The position numbers and the translations under genes were made by a program. The notes below the pieces were generated by a model that saw nothing but the letters and a program-made list of their open reading frames with translations, was not told the DNA's origin and searched no databases. From positions 1-64,000 of the forward strand of contig JAWBAI010000003.1 in NCBI GenBank assembly GCA_038816475.1: a stretch of 64,000 nucleotides of DNA. The letters are read 5' to 3'. Shown here piece after piece: positions 1-8,832 of the stretch (positions are counted from its first letter, which is position 1; each line of letters opens with the position of its first letter). Source of the DNA: Desulfurococcaceae archaeon. GTDB lineage: Archaea; Thermoproteota; Thermoprotei_A; Sulfolobales; Desulfurococcaceae.

Positions 1-150
1 ACCAACATGTACTAGTCCACTCGGTTCAAAACCAAGGTAACCCCGAGGTTTTTCTCCCTCTAGTAGCAACTTCGAGAGTTCTTCTACTGTTACGACTTCA
101 ACGGTGTTTCGTATTGCAACTTTGAGCTTCTCCTGAACTTCACCAGTCAA
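1..150 (-). CDS. tyrS: Tyrosyl-tRNA synthetase, N-terminal part (runs off window start)
   Basis: Manual translation from TTG at 150 gives MTGEVQEKLKVAIRNTVEVVTVEELSKLLLEGEKPRGYLGFEPSGLVHVG, the archaeal TyrRS start with Y-x-GFEPSG-x-x-H-x-G (HIGH motif). Not in the ORF track. Confidence 0.9.
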   Translation of the reverse strand, partial: MTGEVQEKLKVAIRNTVEVVTVEELSKLLLEGEKPRGYLGFEPSGLVHVG

Positions 151-223
151 CGAAACACCTTCAAGTAAACCTGTTCGAATAAAAAATCAAAACATCTAAA
201 ATAGGTTTTAATACACTGCATGG

Positions 224-919
224 CTATGGGTATTCGAAGACCTCCCCTGGTTTTAGCACAACTACTCTTACCCCGGTTTTCTCCTCAACTAGTTTCTTGA
301 ATTCATAGGGATCCGCTTGTATAACCGGAAAAGTACTGTAGTGCATTGGTATGACTACCCTTGGCTTCAAGAGCTCTACTGCTTTAACGGCTTCTCTAAT
401 ACCCATTGTAAAGTGTCCACCTATGGGTAGAAGAGCTATATCGGGATTGTACAGTTCATGTATAAAGGACATCTCTGAGAACAACCCGGTGTCTCCAGCG
501 TGGTAAACTCTGAGATCCAGTCCTCCCACTACAACACCTGTTGGTGCTCCTCTCTGAGAACTGTGAACAGCGGGTGTTAGGACTATCTCGAGGTCCTCAA
601 CCCTCAGTTTACCACCGATGTTTCCACCAATGCTTCTCACACCCCAAGAACCAGCGTACTCCGCTATCTCGTAAATACCCACTATTGTTGCACCGGTAAG
701 CTTAGCAAGCTCAATAGCGTTACCTAGGTGATCTCCGTGGTCGTGGGTAACCACAATGTAGTCTACCTTTACGTTCTTGTAGTCTTCGAGTTTAACAGGA
801 CTCAACGGGTTTTCAACCCAGGGATCAATTAGCACGGTTTTCTGAACACCATCAAAACCCTTTAAGTTGAGTTCAAAGAAGCTGTGACCAAGGTAACGAA
901 TTCTACCCAACGTTTTCAC
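224..919 (-). CDS. Metal-dependent hydrolase, metallo-beta-lactamase fold (UPF0173)
   Basis: LGHS, IDPW, THDHGDH, HAGDTG, LPIGGHFTM and IPMHY motifs. Confidence 0.9.
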   Translation of the reverse strand: MKTLGRIRYLGHSFFELNLKGFDGVQKTVLIDPWVENPLSPVKLEDYKNVKVDYIVVTHDHGDHLGNAIELAKLTGATIVGIYEIAEYAGSWGVRSIGGNIGGKLRVEDLEIVLTPAVHSSQRGAPTGVVVGGLDLRVYHAGDTGLFSEMSFIHELYNPDIALLPIGGHFTMGIREAVKAVELLKPRVVIPMHYSTFPVIQADPYEFKKLVEEKTGVRVVVLKPGEVFEYP

Positions 920-1001
920 CCGTGTGTAGTATTTTAACCACCATGGCTAAAAACTAAAATTGCTCTACTTTGTCATCTATCAGCGTTAAGGGTAACCAAA
1001 G

Positions 1002-1913
1002 GTGCAACCAGTAGCCTTGGATGAGGAGTCAATATCAAAGCTACTTAAAGCAGGTAGAATAGCTAAAGAAGCAAGAGAATACGCTATGAGAAGCGCGAAG
1101 CCCGGCGTTAAAATACTGAGTCTTGCAGAGATGATTGAAAACCATATTCGAGAACTAGGTGGTGAACCCGCTTTTCCGGTGAACATTGGTATAAACAGTA
1201 TTGCAGCTCACTACACGCCGGTTTACAACGATGAATCTGTAATACCCGATGGATCAATTGTTAAAATCGATATTGGTGTACACATAGATGGATACATCGC
1301 TGATACTGCAGCAACAGTCTTCTTCAACCCAGCCTACGAGGGACTTGTCGAAGCTGCGAGATCCGCTCTAGAAAGAGCAATCGAATTGATGAAACCAGGA
1401 GTTAAAGCCTCTGAGATAGGTGAGGTCATAGAAAGAACGATAAGATCAGCTGGTTACAAACCCGTAAAGAACCTGAGTGGACACAGTATTTCAAGGTACA
1501 CTATTCATAGTGGTGTTACTATTCCGAATTACCACGATGTACTCGCAAGGCACAGGCTTAATCCAGGAGTCTACGCTGTAGAGCCCTTCGCCACGAACGG
1601 TGTAGGTATGGTTAAGGAAGCAAAGCTCGTAACAATCTACGCGCTTAAAACCAGGGCTCGTGAACCACCTTTGGAGCTCAAGCGAGTATACGAGTACATA
1701 TACACAAGTAGGAGAGAACTACCCTTTGCAGTTAGATGGTACGCCAGGAGCGATATGGAGCTTGAGCAGCTGAAGAAAAGTCTTGAGCAACTAAAGAAGC
1801 TTGGATATCTCCACGAGTACCCTGTACTTGTCGAAAAAGCGGATGGCTTAGTATCCCAGTTCGAACACACTGTAGTAATATTGAAAAACGAAGTTATCGT
1901 TGCAACTGCGTAG
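1002..1913 (+). CDS. map: Methionine aminopeptidase type II
   Basis: AFPVN, AAHYTP, KIDIGVHIDGYIADTA, NLSGH, AVEPF and SQFEHT motifs. Confidence 0.95.
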   Translation: MQPVALDEESISKLLKAGRIAKEAREYAMRSAKPGVKILSLAEMIENHIRELGGEPAFPVNIGINSIAAHYTPVYNDESVIPDGSIVKIDIGVHIDGYIADTAATVFFNPAYEGLVEAARSALERAIELMKPGVKASEIGEVIERTIRSAGYKPVKNLSGHSISRYTIHSGVTIPNYHDVLARHRLNPGVYAVEPFATNGVGMVKEAKLVTIYALKTRAREPPLELKRVYEYIYTSRRELPFAVRWYARSDMELEQLKKSLEQLKKLGYLHEYPVLVEKADGLVSQFEHTVVILKNEVIVATA

Positions 1914-1966
1914 ACCAGGTGTTCTAGAGAAATAAAAAGAACATCTGTAAAGCAGTTGTAGAGGTA

Positions 1967-2221
1967 CTACTTTGTTCGTCCTTCGACGACGATCATGGTA
2001 ACAGTTGTTCTAATGTCTGGAAGCTTTCTTATTCTATTGGTTACTATTTCTCTTATTTTCTCAAGTGTGTCTGATTCTATTTTTACAACAATATCATATG
2101 TACCGTAGACGATGTAAGCTTCCTTGACTTCGGGAATTTTCATCAACTCGTCGAGAACCTTGCTCTCAGCACCGATCTCGGTCTGTATCAGTATTATTGC
2201 AGATTTGTTCGTTTTAGACAC
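1967..2221 (-). CDS. Stand-alone Lrp/AsnC ligand-binding (RAM) domain protein
   Basis: IPEVKEAYIVYGTYDIVVKI...IRKLPDIRTTVTMIV; no HTH. Confidence 0.85.
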   Translation of the reverse strand: MSKTNKSAIILIQTEIGAESKVLDELMKIPEVKEAYIVYGTYDIVVKIESDTLEKIREIVTNRIRKLPDIRTTVTMIVVEGRTK

Positions 2222-2278
2222 TTTTACCCACCCAAGAACTAAATATGAGGGACTGTTTAATAAGTATTACCTGGCGAA

Positions 2279-2845
2279 TTGCACGTGAGAACTCCTGATG
2301 AAAATCGCGGGATGATCAGAATTTACGCTTTAACTCTGTTTGAAGATGATCCAGATAAGAACACAGCTCTTAAAATGATCAAATTCGGGCTCGCAACTCC
2401 TGTAAGAAGTAGAAGAGATGTACGTGGTTATCCTCTCGTTTTAAATCCATTCAGTAATGCATATCTGGGACCGTGGTTTAGAAACCACGCTGTTCGATAC
2501 GGGATCGTTGTTGTTGATGCTAGTTGGAGAAAGCTCCACGAAGACTACTTTAAGGGTATACGAGGAGTTCACTTGAAACTACCTCCGCTACTTCCAGGAA
2601 ACCCTGTGAACTATGGAAAACCATGCGTACTCTCAAGCATAGAAGCTGTAGCAGCATCTGCATACATACTTGGCTTCAAAGACCAGTACCTCAAGTTTCT
2701 TGGATTATTCAAGTGGATGACGACTTTTCACACACTTAACGAAGAACTTCTCGAAGCATACTCTAATGCAAACAACGCAGATGAGATGGCTAAGATCGTG
2801 GTAGAGTACTGGGGTACCGTAGATCCATGCTATAGATTCCAATAG
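2279..2845 (+). CDS. tsr3: 16S rRNA aminocarboxypropyltransferase Tsr3 (DUF367); start probably ATG 2312
   Basis: DDPDKNTALKM, LNPF, VDASW and LPPLLPGNPVNYGKPCVLSSIEAVAA motifs. Confidence 0.88.
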   Translation: MHVRTPDENRGMIRIYALTLFEDDPDKNTALKMIKFGLATPVRSRRDVRGYPLVLNPFSNAYLGPWFRNHAVRYGIVVVDASWRKLHEDYFKGIRGVHLKLPPLLPGNPVNYGKPCVLSSIEAVAASAYILGFKDQYLKFLGLFKWMTTFHTLNEELLEAYSNANNADEMAKIVVEYWGTVDPCYRFQ

Positions 2846-2872
2846 TTCACCTTAGTCAAAGCGGTTTATCAG

Positions 2873-3191
2873 AGGGGCCGGGCAATAACCCGTGTTCAGT
2901 TCACCCCCGCATTAGTCTAAGCGGCCCATACCGGTTGCGCGGTACCTCATCCCGGACCCGGGCCTTGCACCACGCGGGACGGCCGTTTCAACGCCTCCAC
3001 CACGGTCCTCCGCGGTTTAAGCCCTCCCGTTACCGGGAGGTGGCCCGCATCATAGCCATATCGTAGTGGCCGTACCGTTTCTGTGCCGTTGCCACGGGTT
3101 CTACCCGTGCCTCTTACGAGGCCGCGCTACCGCGGGGTGCACGGTGTTTCCTCGCCTCCTATCCGGAGGCGTCGCGGGGCGCCCGGCCCCT
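2873..3191 (-). ncRNA. rnpB: RNase P RNA (archaeal type A)
   Basis: GC-rich island with an 11-bp terminal helix (AGGGGCCGGGC/GCCCGGCCCCU). Conserved regions GAGGAAAC, ACAGAAAC, UGAAAC, GCAAG and AACUGAACACGGGUUA on the minus strand. TATA-like TATATAAT about 25 nt upstream. Confidence 0.93.
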
Positions 3192-3248
3192 AATCTCTCC
3201 ATAATAATCATCGTATTATATACCTTCTATACCTCTAAGCCTAAGCTA

Positions 3249-3640
3249 GTTCCAGTCGAAAAAGAAGGGTGGAACTCCCCAGTTTAAAGATGTAGAATCG
3301 TTCTCAAAACCCTCACCCCGCACTTTCAACTGGGTAATATTTAGGACTCTATAAAGCGTTGCATTTTTGCGTATTGATAAAAACATTTGTTTGAAGTTTA
3401 AACATTAAGTTCTATTATATTGTTAATTATCATTATACAAACCGATATTAAAGACCGTCAAACTGTATTCGATTTAGTGGCTTCTTCATAATAGTCCAGT
3501 TGAATTTAAGGGGTCTCTCTTCTCGGTTGATTGTGCAGTGGAAACTGAGGGGTGAAACTGGGGAGTTTATATGAATGCGCCTGAAGAGTTTCACGGATCA
3601 TCCACCGTGTCCATTTGAAACGAACCGGTGAAACTTTAGG
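3249..3640. other. Putative replication origin (oriC): ORB elements flanking an AT-rich unwinding element
   Basis: ORB-like boxes (TCCAGTGGAAAC..GGGG type) at 3249-3272(+), 3316-3335(-), 3494-3513(+) and 3533-3552(+), with weaker copies at about 3585-3640. AT-rich stretch about 3360-3470 lies between the inverted inner pair. Confidence 0.78.
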
Positions 3641-3696
3641 TTATTAGAGGGGTTACTTCTCTTTTATTTAAAGACCCTGATACATGTTCAAATTGG

Positions 3697-3972
3697 GTGA
3701 ATAACTTGTCGAATGTTGGTTCTGAGAGAGTAATTGTTGTTGGTAAGAAGAGTATATCTAGTTATCTAATTGATGTTGCAGTAATGTTTCAGGAAGCATC
3801 TATGGTTGTTCTAAGAGGGGAGGGTAAGTTCATTAGTAAAGCCGTTGATTTGTTCAATGCTATAATGTCCAAGATGGGTGAAAGTGTAGAACTTGTTGAT
3901 GTTTCAATTGGAAGCAACATTGTTAGAGGTCGGATAAAACCATACATTGTGATCAAGGTTAAGAGAAAGTAA
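3697..3972 (+). CDS. Alba2-like chromatin protein (divergent Alba paralogue)
   Basis: VIVVGKK...Y, LRGEGKFISKAVD and VSIGS match the Alba fold; lies next to reverse gyrase. Confidence 0.8.
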   Translation: MNNLSNVGSERVIVVGKKSISSYLIDVAVMFQEASMVVLRGEGKFISKAVDLFNAIMSKMGESVELVDVSIGSNIVRGRIKPYIVIKVKRK

Positions 3973-6900
3973 AGAGCGCTCTATAATGTTCATTGCGAAG
4001 AGACGATCCAATAGCTCTACTATGGCATCGTAGCCTGATACCTCCCCCGAGGCGATCCTGTCTATAGTGTTCTCCATTCTCCGAGTTAACTCAACCGTGG
4101 TCACTTCTGAATAGTTCTTACTCAGGTAGTCGTACACCTGTATTCCTTTCTTTGTTGGTACAAGCTTCTTCAACTTAGCACTTTCAATAACGTAACCATG
4201 TCTCTTGATGTTCTCAATGATCTTAGCGTACGTACTGGGTCTTCCAATACCAAGTTTCTTCATTAACGCAACAACATCACCTTCACTGTAGAGTGGTACT
4301 TTACTCGAGTTACTCAATTGAATGGAGAACTTCGATGCGGTGAATTTGTCCAAGTGGCGGAGTTCGTTGTAAACCCTAAGTCCTACCACAACGTTGAAAC
4401 CGGGTTCAATGATCTCGGTGTAGAAGGATATTCTTCCAATCTCCACGCCTGATACATATACGCTGTACTCTGATTTAACCGCTTTGAAGGGCTTCATCTG
4501 GCTAGCGATGAATCTTCTGAACACAAGGTCGTAGATTTTTAGGTGTTTACTCGTGAGTGGTATGATCGTAGTTACTAAACCTTCATCAATAGCTTTAAGC
4601 AGATCTTCGACATCAAGTGGATACACTGGTCTAATAGCTTCATGACTACCTTGATTACCCCAGTGACTTGGTTTAAACAAGCTGATGTAACCTTTTGAAC
4701 CGAGATACTCCTTAGCTATGGATATACCGTGAGAACTAACGTACGTACAGTCCGTTCTATGATAGGTTATCAAACCGGATTCGTATAGGTCTTGAGCAAT
4801 CCTCATTGCTTCACGAGCTGTGTATCCAAGTCGAGATGCATCTACCAGTAGCTCATCGGTTGTGTATGGAGGCCTAGGTGCGACCTCCTCAACGGTTTCA
4901 TGAACCTTCATGAAGACTACTTCGTTTGTGGATTTTAAAGTGTTTACTAGCTCCACATGCGGAGCTTCAATGCACATGGAAACCCTGACTTTGACGGGAT
5001 CCTCTACGTTGACAACGACCTTCTTGCACTTGTTAGCCAAGTGCTCTTTGTATCTTTCAATGATAAGGCCGAGCACTGGTGTTTGCACACGTCCTGCACC
5101 AAGGTTTTTGCTGTTGAACATAGCTTGGAGTTTACCGCTAAGACCAAAGCCTACCAGCCTATCTAAGATTCTTCTGTAGATTTCAGCTTCAACGAGATTG
5201 ATGTTGATCTCACGTGGTTTACCAAGAGCTTTCAGCAGCTCATTTAACGTTATTTCATGAAGTTCTATTCTTTTAACACTATGGTTGAACATTCTTATTG
5301 ACGTGTAAACATCGTAGGCTATTTTTTCACCCTCAATATCGGGATCTGTGGAAATGTAAACCTCATCCACCTCTAGTGCTAGTTTCTGCAGAGCGGCTAT
5401 CACAGATTTCGAATCAGTAAATATACTACTACCACACTTTGGACATGCATCGTGGTCTGTAAACTGTGTACCACACAGCTTACACTTCTTAAGAGTAGTG
5501 TACACAGGGATTATTCTACTCTCATTTACGAGTACTCCATAGAGACCCAAGGGTTTCGTAGTTAAATCGTATACGTGTCCACGAGTTGAAACAATGTTAA
5601 ACTCAACTACCTCATTGTCCACCTTAGCCGGGATTGTGTATACCCTCAAGTCTCCTATTTTCCTAGATACAGGTTTACCAAAGAATCTAGCAATTGTTTT
5701 TGCCTTTGTGGGTGATTCAACAACGAGGAGTATAGACCTGTATTTAAGCCTATTCTGAGAAGCCTCCGATCTCGAGATGCTGATCAACCGAGCTTCTTGC
5801 TCAAGATCAAGATTCTCTAGCTCTACGAATAAGAGATCCTTATTAAACCCCTTCATTTTTGCCTCAAGAGCTTTAACCACATTCACCAGGTCAAGGAGCT
5901 CGAGTACCACGGATAAACCATGGGTTATCGTATTACCTATAAACCTGCTGGTTCTACCCGAAGCCTGAATGTAGGTCATTACGTCCGGTAGAACACCGAT
6001 GTACTCTTCGTTGCTCTTTTTCACTAAGCTTATAGTACCAACATTGATGATCCTTTCATTACCGAGAAGGCTGATCACCGCCTTGAGAACTCTCTCGTAG
6101 ATCTCCTTAACTTCAGCTGATATTGATTGGAGTTTTTGAGAAGAGGATAGTGCTTCGATAGCTAGTTTACCCGTTAAGAAGTACTTGATGAGTTTTTTCT
6201 CGGAAGGAGTTAATGTAAGAGCTAGTTTTCGAATACGTGTTACCATGGACTTGTACTCGTTGTCTCCACTTCTTGCGTAGAGTTCCGCAAGTATTCTAGC
6301 CATAATGTTCATGTTAGCTAGCAGATTTCTCAATGGAACCACGAACATTGGTGTTCCAAGAAACACAACGTACCTTATGTGTCTAGGCGCATCTATGCCT
6401 CTTACGCTTGAACCATAGTAGATCGAGGAGCCTACTAAGACATCCATTTTCCCTTCAACAAACTCCATTATCCTTTTAGCATCAGCATCGCCGACGTTGA
6501 ATCCAAGCTCGGATAGCCTCAACTTAATAGCTTGCACAGCATTGAAGATAAGGTCTTTGTAGGGGTGAAAAGGTGAAACATAAAGTATGCATCCTTTTCC
6601 AAGCTTGAGAACAAGAGAGACTACTTTGTTCACTAACTCGTCGAGATTTGATACTACTGTGTAGGAATCCGTTACGTCGCGACCGTATATCGTGATCCCT
6701 GTAATATCGGTTTTCAAGAGGTCTCTCAGTACCTTACCAACTTCTCCTCGAGCTCTACCAGTAGCTGATGCAACAACCAGTTGCTTAACTTTCAAAGCTT
6801 GAATTCTAGACTCAAGCTCATGGTCTATGCTTAAGTAGTTCTTAACAAGTTCTTCAACATTCTTTCCCATTGTTTTTCCTGTTAGTATACGCCAGAGTAT

Positions 6901-7578
6901 GTTTACTCGTTTCTTAGCTAGTTCTATGATCTCATCAGTGTAACCGAGGAGTTTAAGTAGGTTGTAGGTGTTCTTCTTACTTCTAAGTAGGCTATCAACA
7001 TCGTCTACCAATAGTACATCGTACGAGCATTTCGATAATACATCGTATTTTTTCGACAGAAAACTGTTCGTAACCACTAGTACGTTGAAATCGCAGCATG
7101 AGATCCGGTTAAGCAGCTCATCTCGCTTCTTCTTGCTTAGCGAAGAGTTGTAACTGATGATCTTTACATTCTCTAAACCAGCGTTTCTAGCGTATTCTAA
7201 CATTCTCTGGTAAACTTGGTTTTGAAGAGGCTTTGTGGGTACTATGTAGAGAACCTTCTTTCCCTTTGATACTGAATAGAGCGCGTAAACCAGTAGCAAT
7301 GTTGTTTTACCGAGACCTGTAGGAGCTATTAGTACGGTGTTTTCACCTTGAAGGAGTCTCTTGAGCCAAGATCTTTGAGCACCCCAGGGAGTTAGACCTT
7401 TCGTGGTTTTTGCAAAAAACTCAACAAAGTCCTTCTCATTGTCAAGTATAGCTTCAATGTAAAGACTCAACTTGCTATTCGTACAGCTGGAATCCTCAGT
7501 ATAAGATACTTCGCAATCAGCGAGGTTGCTGTCGTACAATGGCATGATCGCTCTCAAGCGAACACCCAGTGGAATCAT
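3904..7578 (-). CDS. rgy: Reverse gyrase (TopR2-like)
   Basis: Helicase-like domain (APTGLGKTT, DDVD, RGIDAP, YIQASGRTSR) fused to a topo IA domain (VESPTKAKTI, TDPDIEGEKIA, AGRVQTP, catalytic GLITYHRTD, GIGRPSTY). Confidence 0.96.
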   Translation of the reverse strand: MIPLGVRLRAIMPLYDSNLADCEVSYTEDSSCTNSKLSLYIEAILDNEKDFVEFFAKTTKGLTPWGAQRSWLKRLLQGENTVLIAPTGLGKTTLLLVYALYSVSKGKKVLYIVPTKPLQNQVYQRMLEYARNAGLENVKIISYNSSLSKKKRDELLNRISCCDFNVLVVTNSFLSKKYDVLSKCSYDVLLVDDVDSLLRSKKNTYNLLKLLGYTDEIIELAKKRVNILWRILTGKTMGKNVEELVKNYLSIDHELESRIQALKVKQLVVASATGRARGEVGKVLRDLLKTDITGITIYGRDVTDSYTVVSNLDELVNKVVSLVLKLGKGCILYVSPFHPYKDLIFNAVQAIKLRLSELGFNVGDADAKRIMEFVEGKMDVLVGSSIYYGSSVRGIDAPRHIRYVVFLGTPMFVVPLRNLLANMNIMARILAELYARSGDNEYKSMVTRIRKLALTLTPSEKKLIKYFLTGKLAIEALSSSQKLQSISAEVKEIYERVLKAVISLLGNERIINVGTISLVKKSNEEYIGVLPDVMTYIQASGRTSRFIGNTITHGLSVVLELLDLVNVVKALEAKMKGFNKDLLFVELENLDLEQEARLISISRSEASQNRLKYRSILLVVESPTKAKTIARFFGKPVSRKIGDLRVYTIPAKVDNEVVEFNIVSTRGHVYDLTTKPLGLYGVLVNESRIIPVYTTLKKCKLCGTQFTDHDACPKCGSSIFTDSKSVIAALQKLALEVDEVYISTDPDIEGEKIAYDVYTSIRMFNHSVKRIELHEITLNELLKALGKPREININLVEAEIYRRILDRLVGFGLSGKLQAMFNSKNLGAGRVQTPVLGLIIERYKEHLANKCKKVVVNVEDPVKVRVSMCIEAPHVELVNTLKSTNEVVFMKVHETVEEVAPRPPYTTDELLVDASRLGYTAREAMRIAQDLYESGLITYHRTDCTYVSSHGISIAKEYLGSKGYISLFKPSHWGNQGSHEAIRPVYPLDVEDLLKAIDEGLVTTIIPLTSKHLKIYDLVFRRFIASQMKPFKAVKSEYSVYVSGVEIGRISFYTEIIEPGFNVVVGLRVYNELRHLDKFTASKFSIQLSNSSKVPLYSEGDVVALMKKLGIGRPSTYAKIIENIKRHGYVIESAKLKKLVPTKKGIQVYDYLSKNYSEVTTVELTRRMENTIDRIASGEVSGYDAIVELLDRLFAMNIIERSLLSLNLDHNVWFYPTSNNVASN

Positions 7579-7707
7579 GTCTAGTGGCGATCGGCTTTTA
7601 AAAGAGGGAACCTGGTATTACATGGTCCACTTAGGAAAAGTTTTTAAACACCTACCCCCAATTCTCATTATCTTGACCAAGGTATAGCGAAAACCCGAGG
7701 GATCAAA

Positions 7708-7998
7708 ATGTCAGGAGTACAGAGTCCGAACACCGTGCTAGTAGGAAAGAAACCAGTAATGAACTACGTAATAGCCATTTTAACACTAGTACACCAAGGT
7801 GTAAAGGAAGTCAACGTCAAAGCAAGAGGAAGAGCTATAAGCAAGGCTGTAGACGCTGTTGAAATCATAAGAAACAGGTTCCTACCAGGTAAAGTAGACG
7901 TTGAGAAGATCGAGATTGGAAGCCAAACACTCACAAACCCGCAGGGAAGAGAAGCTAGAGTAAGCATCATCGAGATTAAGCTGAAAGTAAAAGAGTAG
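7708..7998 (+). CDS. albA: DNA/RNA-binding protein Alba (Alba1)
   Basis: [38 protein letters not shown] and VSIIEI. Confidence 0.96.
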   Translation: MSGVQSPNTVLVGKKPVMNYVIAILTLVHQGVKEVNVKARGRAISKAVDAVEIIRNRFLPGKVDVEKIEIGSQTLTNPQGREARVSIIEIKLKVKE

Positions 7999-8063
7999 CA
8001 ACTCTGAAGAACACCCTGAGTGAAAAAAGCAAAAATCAATGTTTTTTATACAGAGTTTAACCA

Positions 8064-8768
8064 TTGAGAGCTGAAGAAATGGGGCTCATAAAGCACGGTA
8101 GCATAGTAGTAGAACTCCTCTTCCTTCACTACACTTCACTGCTAGATCTGCTGGATTTCCTAGCGAGGAACAATCTAGAGAACATCGGGATATTGCTGGA
8201 ACCCGTCCTTGTTGATACGTTAATTGAAGACCGTGTAGTATCCGTGGCTGTACCTCAGCTCTCGATAGTAATTGAAGATGTAGACCTTGATCTGGATACC
8301 ATTAGAAACGTATGTAAAGGTTCTTGTAGACCGCTCCGTGCTGTCAGAAACGCCTGGGCAAACCTTACTAAGGTGAACACGGCTCTCGCTGTAGAAGCTC
8401 TAAAAGTGCTCGCAAGTAACGTGGAAGTGAACATTATTACCGGCAATCTCGTAGTAGAGTTATTCCAAGGACCTGAGTGCTTGAACCCCCTTATCGTTGA
8501 AACATTGTCATTAAAATATCCATTTAAAGTGGATGTGTCGGCCAGAAGAAAATCCCCTTTGAGGACGGCAGGTGTCACCACGGAAATACCACTAGCTGTT
8601 TGCACAGATGAACCTGAGGAGCGCCCCATAGCACTACTGACTACTTCTGATGGAAAGAGAATTCTACGCTTGAAAAAACCCAAGAACGAGGTTGAGTACT
8701 CTATCTACGCTCAAATTATACTAGACCTACTAGTCTACATTAGTACAGAGAGTCCTTCGAATGCCTAA
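8064..8768 (+). CDS. Hypothetical protein
   Basis: 234-aa ORF filling the gap after alba1; no recognised motif. Confidence 0.6.
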   Translation: MRAEEMGLIKHGSIVVELLFLHYTSLLDLLDFLARNNLENIGILLEPVLVDTLIEDRVVSVAVPQLSIVIEDVDLDLDTIRNVCKGSCRPLRAVRNAWANLTKVNTALAVEALKVLASNVEVNIITGNLVVELFQGPECLNPLIVETLSLKYPFKVDVSARRKSPLRTAGVTTEIPLAVCTDEPEERPIALLTTSDGKRILRLKKPKNEVEYSIYAQIILDLLVYISTESPSNA

Positions 8769-8832
8769 GGCTACTGATAAAAACTCGGTGAAAGCGAAAC
8801 CATTCGCTATAGTTAGTGTTCTCAGCTTGACC

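Noticed and set aside
3066-3287. 73-aa plus-strand ORF
   Set aside because: It is antisense to the RNase P RNA and runs into the first ORB; a GC-rich artefact.
7645-7702. AAAAGTTTTTA ... AAAACCCGAGGG upstream of alba1, echoed upstream of the SBP gene (about 60331-60359)
   Set aside because: Most simply a BRE/TATA element plus RBS; the spacing differs and two instances are too few to call a regulon motif.
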